Assembly (NCBI GenBank): GCA_002189035.1
Contig: CM007990.1
Span: forward strand, 3,410,001-3,474,000
Direction: 5' to 3'
DNA from: Utricularia gibba
Lineage: Eukaryota > Plantae > Magnoliophyta
Length of the DNA stretch: 64,000 bases
Each line of letters opens with the position of its first letter. Within the stretch, counting starts at the first letter, position 1. The translations under genes and the position numbers were made by a program. Shown piece after piece: positions 15,901-28,181 of the stretch. The notes below the pieces were generated by a model. That model was not told the origin of the DNA. It searched no databases and saw nothing but the letters and a program-made list of their open reading frames with translations.

Positions 15901-16720
15901 GTCCAGCTCTTGAAGTTGCAAGATCTGTTGCTCTCCAGCAGCCTTGGCATCCAAATTTAATACTTTGATAGCCCAATATGCCTTGTGCTCTAATTCCACA
16001 GGCAAGTGACAAGCTTTCCCATAAACTAAACGATAAGGGGAGGTCCCCAAAGGAGTCTTATACGCTGTGCGATAAGCCCATAAAGCATCAGTTAATTTGG
16101 TTGCCCAATCCTTGCGTGTTTTGGCCACCGTACACTCTAGAATCCTCTTCAATTCCCTATTAGTTACCTCCACTTGTCCGCAGGTTTGTGGGTGATATGG
16201 GGTTGATGCCCTGTGTCCTACTCCATACTTGCGCAAGAGCTTCCGGAATTCTCTTTCAATGAACTGTTTCCCTCCATCACTTATGACGTATCTTGGGGCT
16301 CCAAACCTGGGTAGAATGATTTGTTTGAAGAGCTTAATTGCAGCTCTTCCATCAGCTGCTGGAACCGCAATAGCTTCTGCCCATTTTGAGACATAATCCA
16401 CCGCCACAAGAATTTGAGTGTTGCCATAAGAAGATGGAAAGGGTCCCATAGAATCCAGCCCCTAAACATAAAAAATTTTGACCTCCAGGATATATGTCAT
16501 GGGTCCTTCATCTCTCCTAGAAATAGAACCTGCATACTGACATGGTTCGCATGCTTGAACAAATGCCCTCACATCATGATTCATTGTGGGCCAATAAAAT
16601 CTAGATTGAAGAATTTTAAAAAGTGTTTTTGATGCTGTTGCGTGCCCTCCATATGGTGATGAATGGCAGTGCCATATAACGTCCCTTACCTCCTCTCATG
16701 GTAGGCATCTTCGGTGCAGT
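12921..16720 (-). mobile_element. Athila-type Ty3/gypsy element, 3' half: integrase, 3' internal region, PPT and 3' LTR (12921-14110)
   Basis: On the minus strand, GCTTGAGGACAAGCAAACATTTAAGTGTGAGGGAGT precedes the LTR start TGATAAGTG at 14110. The LTR end has TCCCTGTGGATACGATC..CCATCA at 12921. The integrase spans 15562 to ~16715. The 5' part is missing. Confidence 0.9.
15562..16449 (-). CDS. Athila integrase core plus C-terminus, 295-aa open frame (upstream zinc finger separated by a stop)
   Basis: [114 protein letters not shown]. Upstream HCHSSPYGGH..FYWPT..CEPCQ lies at 16500-16715. Confidence 0.9.
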   Translation of the reverse strand: MGPFPSSYGNTQILVAVDYVSKWAEAIAVPAADGRAAIKLFKQIILPRFGAPRYVISDGGKQFIEREFRKLLRKYGVGHRASTPYHPQTCGQVEVTNRELKRILECTVAKTRKDWATKLTDALWAYRTAYKTPLGTSPYRLVYGKACHLPVELEHKAYWAIKVLNLDAKAAGEQQILQLQELDELRMSAYENAELYKEQTKAWHDSHLRKKDLAEGDPVLLFNSRFHLFPGKLKSRWRGPYTIKKNYPSGAILITHPDHGEFTVNIQRLKRFHEGVKSSMDTLHVPVDLSNHPSP

Positions 16721-18102
16721 CAAACGAGGAAGAAGTCTTGGATTTGTATGTTGTATTCTTCTACAAAATCACTAAAAGATGGTGTGAGTCACAAGTGAGT
16801 GGATCCTGTTAGAACGGATTGGAAAATATGAAGAACACCAGAAATGAAACAGAGAAATTGTGCTTGAAAACCAGCACAACATATTAAAACCAGCACAACC
16901 ACCTACTCCTATTGTTAGCTTCTCATGAGTCAATTCCGATAAACCTCATCAGACCTACATCAAATCCTAAAGTTTCTACAAAGCAGCACTCTGCTGAATG
17001 AGAGGGAAATGGAGATGGCATCTTGAGCCATCGCTTTCTTAATTGAATAAAAGGAAAGATGGACTCCATCAGTCATCAAATGAGCAAATTGGATAAAGGT
17101 CCATTATAGAGACCTATACTAAGAGAGCCCAAAGTGGATGCAATGGTAACCAGTAAGAAGCAATGGTATTTTTTAATCTAAAGGCTCTAACATATAGTCC
17201 ATACATATGAGATAAAAAAATGCATTATAAATACAATTTTTTGTGTGAAACTACAAGTTTGTTGGTTTGAAAATGCTAAGACTCAGGATCCAAGTGTGTG
17301 AGCTACAAACTTCTTGCATGGTGACAACTATGAGATCTTGAAGAAAATACAAGCAAATGATCAAATATCAAGCTTTGCTTCATTTCTTTTTGGTTCATTA
17401 TTCAATCTTCCATGGCATATGCAAGTTACTTCATTCCACCTTCCATTTTTTATGGAAAAGAAGACTACGATATGTGGGATGATAAAATGTCATTTCATCT
17501 AGATAGTCTGGATCTTTGGGATTTGTTCAAAGAAGATGAATCAAACAAACAGGTAGATACATCATAGTCTAAAGAAAACGTCAGCTCCAAACACACAGAA
17601 TGCTGCTGAAAGAAAGGAAAAAAAGAAAAGAAAGAAAGCCATGCACGCACTCATATTGGCTGTTACAAATATAACCCAAGGAAGCCTAGAACATTCTGAT
17701 CTAGAAAAGAAATAGAAAGAAACAAACAACGGCATATTCTTGACAATCTCGAGAAAGATCCTACTTTCTATTTTGATCTTGAGTAGGAGTTTTCTTGATG
17801 GAAAAAAAATGTTGAAAACCATCAGTTGGAAAGAACATCAAGACCCTTGAGCATCCATTGTCCCACTCAAAAGGTTGTGGGATGCATTTGGTACATAGCA
17901 CATTTCTTGTATCTTTAGAAGATGATTGCTTGTTTCTAGTAATATAGTTCCAACTCCATGAATTCTTTCTATCAAATACTACTCTAACTGATACTTGTTT
18001 TACTGCCAAGGAAGATGCACTCATATGGCACAAGAGGTTTAGGCATGCAAATTTTTCATCCTAGTCAAGGCCCAACTTGGCAAAAGGGATTCCTAAACTA
18101 GG

Positions 18103-20637
18103 TGATAACACATATTTTTGAGCGTTGAAGGATAGGAAAATTACTCACATTTTGCTACAAAACTCAAATTTTATTATATATTTCTGTGTTTTTGTGACTA
18201 GTACTACAATCACGTCTTTTATTCCTAGTTGGGACTAGATTATTGATTTAGTCCCAACCTTGGTTCTAATAGTTCCCTTGAGCAATGCAGTGTATTTCAA
18301 TATCCCAATTCCCTAGGAGCCGAAAAGAGCATAGTGAAATTGCAGAGGATATGAACAAAATCTAAAAAAAGTACAACAAAATCCCAAGGAATAAAAGAAA
18401 AGGATTTTCAAGAATGATGGGAGAGAGAAGAATGACCGAATTCTAGAAAGAAGGAGATTAGGGAAAAACCAAGAAAAACAATGAAGAAAAAAACCTAGGA
18501 ATAAAGCTCATGTCTGAAGACTGGCTTTTCTTTCCAAAAGATATTACTCACAACTAGGAGTAGCCTACAACAGTTTTAGCTTTCTACTTGAACTTTTTAC
18601 ATTCCGTTCTTTTTTGTTTTCTAGTTATCGAAGTGTAATATGAGTACAATGTAGATGATGCTTTATATTCTAGTTTCATTTACCTTGAGCATGAGTGGCT
18701 AAACACTTAGAGAGGCCTTAGGATAAAAAGAGGCGTAATGTCCTAAACAATCTTTTTACATTGTTAACCATAAATCACACCACTTTTGACAACACAAATT
18801 TTCATATTTTAGTATATCAAAAATCATAAATTTTTTAATTATATTTAAGTGTTAATTTTATAGTTTTAAGTATTTTTATTTGATTATAGAAAATATGATT
18901 TTTAGTGTATTAGTGGGCTAAATCCTTTGATTTAGCCCACCCCATGTCTAACCCAATTTTGGAGTCTAGCAGCAACCCGAGAATCAAGAAAAAATCTAGA
19001 TTTCGTACAAGTCACCAGACTGTAGGGGGAAATGAGTACACTGTCACGGCGGCAATCTGCAAGACAGGACCAGGAGCAGCAGATTTTTCAGAGAATGTAC
19101 TTGCCTTGGGTAGTGGGAGACAAGAGAAAGATGATGAGGAGAGAGAGTCACAAAAAAGGGACACACCCTAGAATTTTTCAGAACACACACGAGGAGGTTT
19201 CTCCCCCAACTGGAACATGAAGAATACTGAAGGAGAAGGAGAAAGAAAGGTGATTTTTCTTGAGAAGAACCTCCAGCTTGAAGGAAGAAGATCAAGACCC
19301 AGTTCAACGCTACTATTCCGGACTGTGAACAATAGCAGACGGAAACCAGAACTCTACTGCTTTCTTTTAGTTTGCTGATGTCTTTAGTTTCTGCACTCAA
19401 CTTCTGCACGATATTGTTAACATCTTTGTTTTATGTTAATGAACAGTAGCTAAACCCCTAGGGGTGCCTTGAGGTGAAGCATGGTGGTGTAGGTCTAGGA
19501 ATCATAATAAAATTTACCATTGTTTCTTAGCTCTTGTTTCTTTCAAGCCATGGTAGACACAAGGAGGGGAACAAGTAGCTTTACAACTTAGATGCTTGAT
19601 TTAGAGGTAGACCAACAAATCAAGATGTGAGCAATAAGTGTTACTCCGGGGTAGAACCAGTAGAACCGGGTAAACCTAGTTCTATATGCTTTGCATGCGG
19701 GTAGACCTAATTGCAATGTTGGTGATGATATGGAGGACTAGCTTAGCCGAAAATATGATGAATGACCTGGGTAGACTTAGGTTATTTGAGGTTGTGAGTG
19801 TAGGAACATGGTAGATTAAATTAGGAATTTTGGCACCACACCACCTGTAGATCCTTAAGGCACCTTAGTATTATTTTGAGTTAGAACCAGTATTTGTTAC
19901 CTTAGCTTTAAGACCTAATATTGTTCATTGATCTTGTTTACCGTACTTGTTTACCACTGTTGGTCTGTGCTTAGACTAAGACTACCATTACTTTGAATTC
20001 TGCATCTGCTGAAATACATGACAAGTACAAGCTTCTTGTGATCGACCCCGAATTCCACTATACACTTTGAGTTTAAATTGTATTTTGTGAAGATTAGGGA
20101 CTATAAATGTATTTTACATGGAAGTTTGCTTTTATTGCAACAATATGGTAAAATTTCCGTTTATCAACTTCCTTAACAAACTAGGATAGATCCAAGAGGG
20201 GGAAGAAGTGACACCTATTTTACAACCCTAATTAGAGGTAGACCGAAGATTAGGGGAAGATAAGCATTCAGGTAGACCTAGACTTTATTGTTAGATGCAT
20301 GATTTGTGAGTAGAGCAAGATTGATTTAATGATAAGCATGCATTTCCCTAGAGTCCCAAGGCATTATTTGTTCCATTTTAGATAAGTTCTATCTTCACTT
20401 GTTTACTGTCTTTCTGCATATAATCGTCAAACTGCTTTAATCCTAGTTCAAACTAAATCTATCAACCATTGTACTGATCGCATGCATTGATAATCACATG
20501 ACGAGTATCTACTCTTGGTGTTTGACCCTGATCTCCTATGCACATATATGTTATATGATTAGTGGTGAACAAGGAATATAAATTTATTTGATTTGAGAAT
20601 TTGCATTTTAATGACATGCTAAAATTCTTGTTTATTA
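18103..20637 (+). mobile_element. Athila-type solo LTR, family B1, carrying a nested solo LTR
   Basis: Starts TGATAACACA and ends CTTGTTTATTA. Perfect TSD CTAGG (18098-18102 and 20638-20642). Removing it restores the copia frame KGIPKLGQGRDMCEIF. Homologous to 37100-38285. Confidence 0.9.
18787..20166 (+). mobile_element. Athila-type solo LTR, family B2, nested in the B1 LTR
   Basis: TGACAACACA...TCCGTTTATCA with TSD ACTTT/ACTTC. The uninterrupted site is visible in the B1 copy at ~37570. Confidence 0.85.
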
Positions 20638-20900
20638 CTAGGGCAAGGCCGTGACATGTGTGAAATTTTCCAAATCGATAAATTTATCAAACAATCATTC
20701 AATGAAAGAACTTGGGTTACAACTCGCACGCTGGAATTAATTCACATTGACGTGTGCAGACCCATGAACATAGCTACACCTGTAGGTAACAAGTATATGC
20801 CTAGTAGATCTGAAGCAACGAATTGCTTTAAGATCTTCAAAGCTCAAGTCAAAAATCATTTTTGAGAAAGGATAAAACATATTTGATCAGATAATGAGAG

Positions 20901-21915
20901 TGATGATGAACTTTAGAAACCTTGCTAAATATCACATCCTAGCGTCTTGAATGTATCAGAATAAATTTATAAATCTAGATATTCTTCTACACATATCACA
21001 GAAATTAATGTAGCATGAGCAAGAGTTGAACCTAGAGAAAATGCTTGAAATTTCTTGAAGACCTTTACTTTTATTAAACTAGAAAGTTAAAAGCCAAGAA
21101 CTCAAGCAAAAAGTAGTACAAAAACAATGGTGACATCTAGAGGAAGCTCTTAATTCATAACAAAGTGCCAATATTTTACAAAAAACAAAGGAAAGTAGAA
21201 ACATGACCAAAGCTAAAACAATAATGTAAAAGAAGAAAATATTATTTCAATCGGTTGCAATAGATCGTAGATATGCAAGAATTTAGATTTCATGTGGAAG
21301 ATGTGGTCCACATGAGTAGATTTGAGAATGCCCAGAGCTGTCGCTCGAGACCCATCGTTCCGCTCTTTGGAGCATGCCTCTTCGCTCTCCTATTTTCTCC
21401 CTTTTCTTCCCGTCGAAAGAAAGGCTATCTCCATCATTTCCATGAAGTTCTAGAAGGGAAATATATTCTCCATATCTTTTCTTATTTGAAGTCAATTGCT
21501 TTCAGCTAAAAGCAAATTTTCTCTTAGTTTTTTTACCTTCTTTTATTTTTCAACCCCAGAAAGTGCATTCCCATTATCAACTCTTAGCCAACTACGACTT
21601 AAATACACACTATAAGGAAGTGTGAGAATATCTGCCCAATTGTTACCAATTGAGCCTATTTTCACAACACAACACATTCGTTCGACTAAATACACAAAAG
21701 AACACAATTAAGCATGCTAACCAACATTTAACAATACAAAATAATAAAAAAAACACATTTGCATAAATCTACACACAATAAGGCATAATCCATTAGTTTA
21801 ATGCATTCTATACTACTGAGCAAAATAGAGTAAGTGAAAGATGGAATTATCCCATTGTAGAGATGGAAAGCTATATATTATATGAAAAATACTTACCTTT
21901 GGAATATTGAGGTGA
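20901..21915 (-). mobile_element. Probable Ty3 3' LTR (20901-21579) plus adjacent internal sequence
   Basis: The copia integrase stops at a TGATG at 20901. On the minus strand, ..AAGAGT precedes TGATAATGGG at 21579, as in Athila PPT/LTR junctions. No second copy is available to confirm. Confidence 0.5.
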
Positions 21916-21917
21916 AG

Positions 21918-23201
21918 CGCTTGTGTTTCTCGTAGACATCGTATGTTACAAAAGCAACAAAATTTAACAATTTTCGAGAAACTCCAAACGCAGATCTTGG
22001 AATACGGTATACATCAGATAAAGGGATACTGCGAATACCTTCAGAGAATTCCGATGTTCACCAACCGCCAATAGCAGACAGCCTCTATGGTATCCACACA
22101 TGAAGTACTCCGTCGATAACCTTGTCAAGGCAGTAGAATTCTAGTCGATCTCCTCAGAGGCTAGTAGAGAAAATCGCCCCCTCACGGATTAATCTTAGAG
22201 AGTACGAAGATGAGTGGAGATCTTTTGATCAAATCTTTCTGCTAGATATTGGTAACATATCATATGAAATCTCCTTGAAGATCTTATCTTGGGGATATAT
22301 GTATATGTTCCAAATCTTATCTATATTGGATCTTTTATTTTCAGTTTAATCAATATTAATCTCCAAATAACTCTCTATTTAATTTATCCACTTTACCAAT
22401 TATATCTCATTTCATTGTATCATATTATTTTATATCGATGAGTGACTCCACTATTGTGTGTGACCTTATAAGCTTCTTCAATCAAGGCTGTAATAATAGA
22501 TTTATTAATTAACTCTTAATTAATCAAATTCATCATTATCGATCATCAGTGATGTTTAACAACATATCATGATCCCCAAGATGTAAGAATAATCAGGTAA
22601 ACTGATTGAGCCTTTCTATGACCAGCCACTATGCAATAAACAGTTTTCATCATACTTATATCTCATTCAATATCAGAACATGGGTGTATGTCTTTCTGAT
22701 GTGTCGAACTTATAATTGCGTTTAATGAGAGAAAATGCGAGCTTAAGATCAAGATACCTTTGTTGACCTCAAGTCTAAGCTTACTTGCACGGCTGTCATA
22801 TTCAAGATCTTGCTACTGATACTTGGTTAGCTTCCCATAGTAGCATCTCGAAGATGAGTCATCCAGTGAATCGATTCTCTAATAGACACCCACACATAGG
22901 ATCTAGAAATCTCATTACATCAATTTCGAGAACCATTGCCTAAACAGTTTAGGGAAGTCAATGTGTGCCAGCTTATCCGTATTTGCGATATCTTCATTTC
23001 ACAAATACTCTAGCCAAAGAGTTTTTAACTTAAACATAAATGTTTGAAGAATATCACATTAGGATTTCATCATAATTCCTATAGCACATAGATCAAGTAG
23101 AGGATTTTATCAATGATGTAAACTTGATCAAAATTTAAAGTAAACATCAAAAGATAAGATTTGTCAATGAGTTGATTGTCTCTAGAACACATACACTAAC
23201 A
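21918..23201 (-). mobile_element. Angela-like copia LTR, family C, copy 1
   Basis: Aligns along its length with 34474-35933 and 56852-58226. The minus strand starts TGTTAGTGTATGTGTTCTAGAGACAATC, like Angela/BARE LTR starts. No TSD found. Confidence 0.8.
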
Positions 23202-24518
23202 TCATTAAATACAATTGTGTCCTTGTTAAACAGACTACCAAGGTAGGATTGATTGAAAATAAAACAACATATGAAATGTGACATGAATGAGCACCTAGTG
23301 TGGAATACATTTGTGTTTTTGGATGTGTTTTCTTCATGTTCCTAAAAAAAAGAGAAGAGAATTGGATAAAAAGGTTCAACCAGGCATTCACTTAGGATAC
23401 AACGACACGACTAAAGGATATAGGGTGCTAGAGGTGTCCAATATAAAATTGGGAATAAGCAAGGATGTAGTTTTTAATGAATTCAAAACATGGGATTGGA
23501 ACTTAGATGAAAAGAGATCAGTGTGTTATCAAAGAACCAATACCTCATATTTCTTTGCAATTTCGCTCACAGAGGAATCAATGACACGAGAAGGACAATT
23601 ACAACTAAAGAAATAGTGAAAATGAATTTTTAGAAGGGCAAAAATAAAACTCTAAAAATTACACAAGAGGCGTTCTAGAGAATACATGTGTACATGAAAC
23701 TGAATCAGAGGCAATGAAGAAAATATAGAGTTAAATCTATTAGTTCTCAATATCAATGATCAAGATATTCCTTTACCATGCATCGAGGAAGAAGGCATTG
23801 AGGAAGGTCATTGGGCAAAAGAAGCAAATCTCGTCAGTGTAACCACAAGACAAAATCATCCTCTATCAATGCCAAATGAAAATGAACTAGAAGGAAGCTA
23901 TAGTAGTGAAGATTATTTAGTGCAAGGTGAAAGGACACTATCTGATATATACCAATGTTCTTTGATGATTAAAGAATCGAAAACAATGGTGAAAGGACAC
24001 CCTAGTTGGAAGGCCACAATGGTAGCTGCACTAGTTATGATAAGTAAAAACAATATATGGAAGCTTGTAGATAGACTGCTAGACAAAAAGGTAATTGGAG
24101 AGAAGAGAGTTTTTAGAACTAAGATAAATTTAGATGGTAGCGTTAACAAATTAAAGACCAAACTTGTAAGTGAAGGATATTCACAAAGAGAAGGAATTTA
24201 TTACCTAGAGACACTTGCACTAATAGCAAGCTTAGATATGATTAAATTGTTGGTTGGACTAACAGCCTACCAAAATTGGAAAATCTATCATCTTGACCTT
24301 AAAATCTGCATTTCACAATGGATATCTCAATGAGGCGATTTATATCTTGTAGTCACCTGATTTTTTAGAAAAGAGAAAGGAAGATAAAAGTGCTCTAATT
24401 GCAAAAAAACCTTATAGAGTTTAAAACAAGCTCCAAGAGAGTTGTATAATTGAAATGGTTGTCACTTCCACAAACAAGGATTTCAAAGACCTTGTGTGTA
24501 TTAGAGAGAGATATCCAT

Positions 24519-25347
24519 TGATAACACACAAAGTTTCATGTCTTGCTATATTAAAATTATAACTTTTTAACTATGTTTTACTTACATATTTTATAGTTTT
24601 AAGTATCTTTATATAATATAGGGAATGTATGATTTTATAGTTTTAATGATACTATGTTTTTATCTTTCAAATATGAGTGGCTAGATCTTAGGGATGTCTT
24701 AAGGTATAGCATGGTGATGTGGGGCTAGGGTTCATAACACAATTGATCATTGTTTTTTAGCTTTTGTTTCTATCATTCCATGGGTAGATCTAAGTAGGGA
24801 AATGAATAGCTTCGCAACTTAGATGCTTGATTCACAGATAGACTAACAAATCAAGGCAGGGATAGTAAGTATTATTCCAGGGAAGAACCAGTAGAACTAG
24901 ATAGACCTAATTCGATATACTTTGCATGTGGGTAAACCTAATTGAGACGTTGATGATGATATTGAGGAAAATATTAGCCGAAAAATTATTAAAGACCTGG
25001 GTAAATTTAGGTTATTTGGAAAGGTAAGTATAGGAACCTTGTAGATTAAATTAGAGATCTTAGTACCATATTACCTGTATAACCTTTAGGCATCTTAGTA
25101 TTACTTTGTACTAGAATTAGTATATGTTATTTCCAACATTCAAACTTGATCTTGCTTATTGAACTTGCCTACTACTATTAGTTTGAGCTTAGACTAAGAA
25201 CAATGTTTATTCTGAATTCAATATCTACTAAAATACTTTGCAAGCACTAGCTCTTTATACAATAATTTTGTGGGGACTAGGGATTATAAATTTATTTAAT
25301 ACAAAGATTTCATTTCTTGCAATGATTTAAGAAATTTTCGTTTATCA
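24519..25347 (+). mobile_element. Family B2 solo LTR, internally deleted, inside copia RT
   Basis: TGATAACACA...TTTCGTTTATCA with TSD TCCAT/TCCAC. The host RT resumes as IVSLYIDSILIT. Confidence 0.85.
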
Positions 25348-26912
25348 TCCACAAAAGGCCATAGTTTCACTCTACATAGATAGCATACTAATCACCGAAA
25401 ATGATGAAGGATTGATCAAAGAGCAAATGGAGAGGCTCATTAGCATCTTTGAAATGTCTGATCTTGCAGAAATGAGATATTTTCTAGGTATGGAGGTAAA
25501 GCAAATTGAACAATACCTTTTTCTGTCACAAACAAAGTCATCAAAAAATTTAGCAAAAAGATTTAAGATTGATAAAGGTAAGCATGCATCAGTACCTATT
25601 TAACCAGATTGCAAACCTATGGCTGTTGATACTGCCACAGGAAAGACCGTCTCTGATCCTAGAAATTTAGTAGAGGAGTCAATGTACAAAAGTATTATTG
25701 GAGCACTTATGTATCTCAAAGTGACTACACCCAACATAGCCTTTGCGATAAGCTTATTATTGTAAACCATGGCTTATAGTTTCATAAAAAAAATACTCAC
25801 AATTCCTTCAAGTGCTATGTCGATACTGACTTTAAAGGGGACATTATTGACCTCAAATCCACAAGTGGATATATATGACATTGAGCAATCAAGTGATTAA
25901 TCATTATGTGAAATTGAGTTAGAGCTGCTCGGCGCTTCTCACATGGAAGTTATCGGAAAAAACGCAAAGATCCAGGTGCATTCTTTATCCCATGCAAAAT
26001 AGGAGATTTGAGCATAAGAATAGTTGTGATAGACCTGGGAGTTTCAATAAATGTTATGTCAATTTATGTATATGAGGCTCTTAGGTTGGGATCTTTGCAA
26101 GCATTGGGTATGCAAATTAAATTAGAAAATCAAAGAGTAATTTCTCCAAAGGGATTAGTTAAGGATGTTCTGGTGATTCCCAACTAATTTCTATGTTCTA
26201 AATATACGTCCTAGAGGATCAAAGGATACTATTATTTTTGGAAGACTATTTTTTAGTACCTCCAATGTTATCATTAACATGAGATGAGGACTAATAAGTT
26301 GTACTTTGATGAAGACAAGATCACACTTGATATGAAGGATGTCAAAAATTATCCAAGTGATTTGAGAGCATTTCTACGATAAATGTCATAGATGGACTCA
26401 TTAAGGAGCACTTGGAAAAGGAAGTTCACGAAAAAGAAAAAGCTCATGAAGAGTCTCTACTTACAAAATTGGAAGCTGAAGAGAAATTTTAGCAACTGAT
26501 TGTGGTACAAGGCAAGCTCTAAGAAGATAGGTTAGCTGAATTTAAATCATTTCCTCCATGCTATCATTTCTACTGGTCTGAGTTTAGATCAAGACTCATG
26601 ATTAATTGAAGTGCTAAATAAAAACAAGAAGACAATAGGCTTTACGCTTGACGATATTAAGGGATGTGCCTGTCCATATGCATGCACAGAATTTTTCTAG
26701 AGGATGGTGCTAAACTAGTTTCTCAACCTCATAGATGACTCAACATAAATATGATGGAGTTGGTAAGGAAAGAATTCGTCAAACTTCATGATGCAGGAAT
26801 CATTTACTCCATCATCGATAGTGAGTGGGTGAGCCCAATCTATGTAATATAAAAAAAAACTAGAATGACAATGGTGGAAAATAAGAGAGGTGAACTTGTG
26901 CCACAAAGAGTA

Positions 26913-28181
26913 TGTTTCGTGTCGTTTCGTCAACAAATTTTAAACATGTAAAACGTAGAACACAAAAGAGCGTAGTACGAGTATCGATCTCAGGGAATTG
27001 TTTTTCGTGAAAAGTGTTTTGTAAGAAACTTCTACAAAATGTCACAGTTATGTAAAAGGGGACTTTTGAAATGAAGAAATAAAAGTTACAACCTAAAAGA
27101 TGGGCCTTGACTACGGGACGTAGTTCCTAGGAATGAGATTCCTTCTTCTTCCTTTGTCCATCCTTGCCTCGATTTTCACTCATTTCTTCCAAATAGCTGG
27201 TTATAGGAGCAAGGAATAGCCTACTCTCCCTTACACTCTGATTGACAAGGAGGCATGAGAATAGCTTCATGTGATTCCCCCTTTGATGATTAGGAAGACA
27301 AGAGGATTGCCATCAATTGCCTTCAAAACCGAATTGCGCACGTGTGCCCAACTGTTGCCAATGGCTAGTGGTAGGCTCGAGGTCACAACCTATCCACTGT
27401 TGTGGTACCTAGGCCACAAACAATCCACTACTTCCCTCGAACCAACAGGGTTGGAGTTGATGCTCTTCACCTTGATCTTCACCAAAATCCGTATGGAGTG
27501 GCCTGCTACTCATGGAGCTTGACTATGAGTCATTATAGAAAGACTGCAAAAAGATACGTGGAAGTATGCGAAATCCGAATTGAATTCAGCAAAGAACCGA
27601 GTATATTGCTCAGGACTTGAAAAGAAACTTCATCTAATCCCAAAAACTAAAGCGTTTTAGCCACAAAGGGTCATGAAAACCGAAACGAAAATGGAAGCTA
27701 AGTATTCTTCCTCCTTGGAGGGAAGAAGAACTCAAAAGTTCTAAGTACAAAGAAAAATGTCAAAAGTAGATTCAAAATAAGTGTTCCAAGTTATTTTTAT
27801 ATCACTCCCCACGTGTATTAACTCCTTTGGGTCAACTTCCAATCATTCCTTCTGTCTTGCGTGTGCCAACAGCTTTCCTTTACGTGCAAGTTAACGCCCA
27901 ATCATTTCTGCGGACTCTGACGTGCCATATATTAGGGGCCTTGACCAGTGTAAGTCTTCTGCCCACAATTGTTCCAAGTCGCCTACAAGGCACAAAAAGT
28001 CAGAGTCTGACCACCTACAACACTCCACGACAGTCTCCTGATACGTCTCGGTCAAATGCATGAAAAAGACAAAGAAAATATATAGAAAATAGGAAAATAG
28101 GATTTTTTTAAGGAAATGTAATATTTATCAATATAAATCCTAAATTGGACAACTTAACACTAGATGAAGTGAAACTTAAAG
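26913..28181 (-). mobile_element. Family A solo LTR inside Athila RT
   Basis: Perfect TSD GAGTA (26908-26912 and 28182-28186). Removal restores ELVPQRVQKRCCIFMDSRKLN. Homologous to the copies at 50519, 52959, 62264 and 63384. Confidence 0.85.

Noticed and set aside
12916-16912. CCTAT precedes both the Athila LTR at 12921 and the copia LTR at 16913
   Set aside because: The geometry does not fit a TSD, because no matching LTR end lies before 16908. It is treated as a 5-mer coincidence.
27271-27522. Recurrent antisense ORF in family A LTRs (also 51230-51469 and 63795-63983)
   Set aside because: Between the 27.3 kb and 63.8 kb copies I count about 14 non-synonymous and 4 synonymous changes, close to neutral expectation. 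Other copies have stops or frameshifts.
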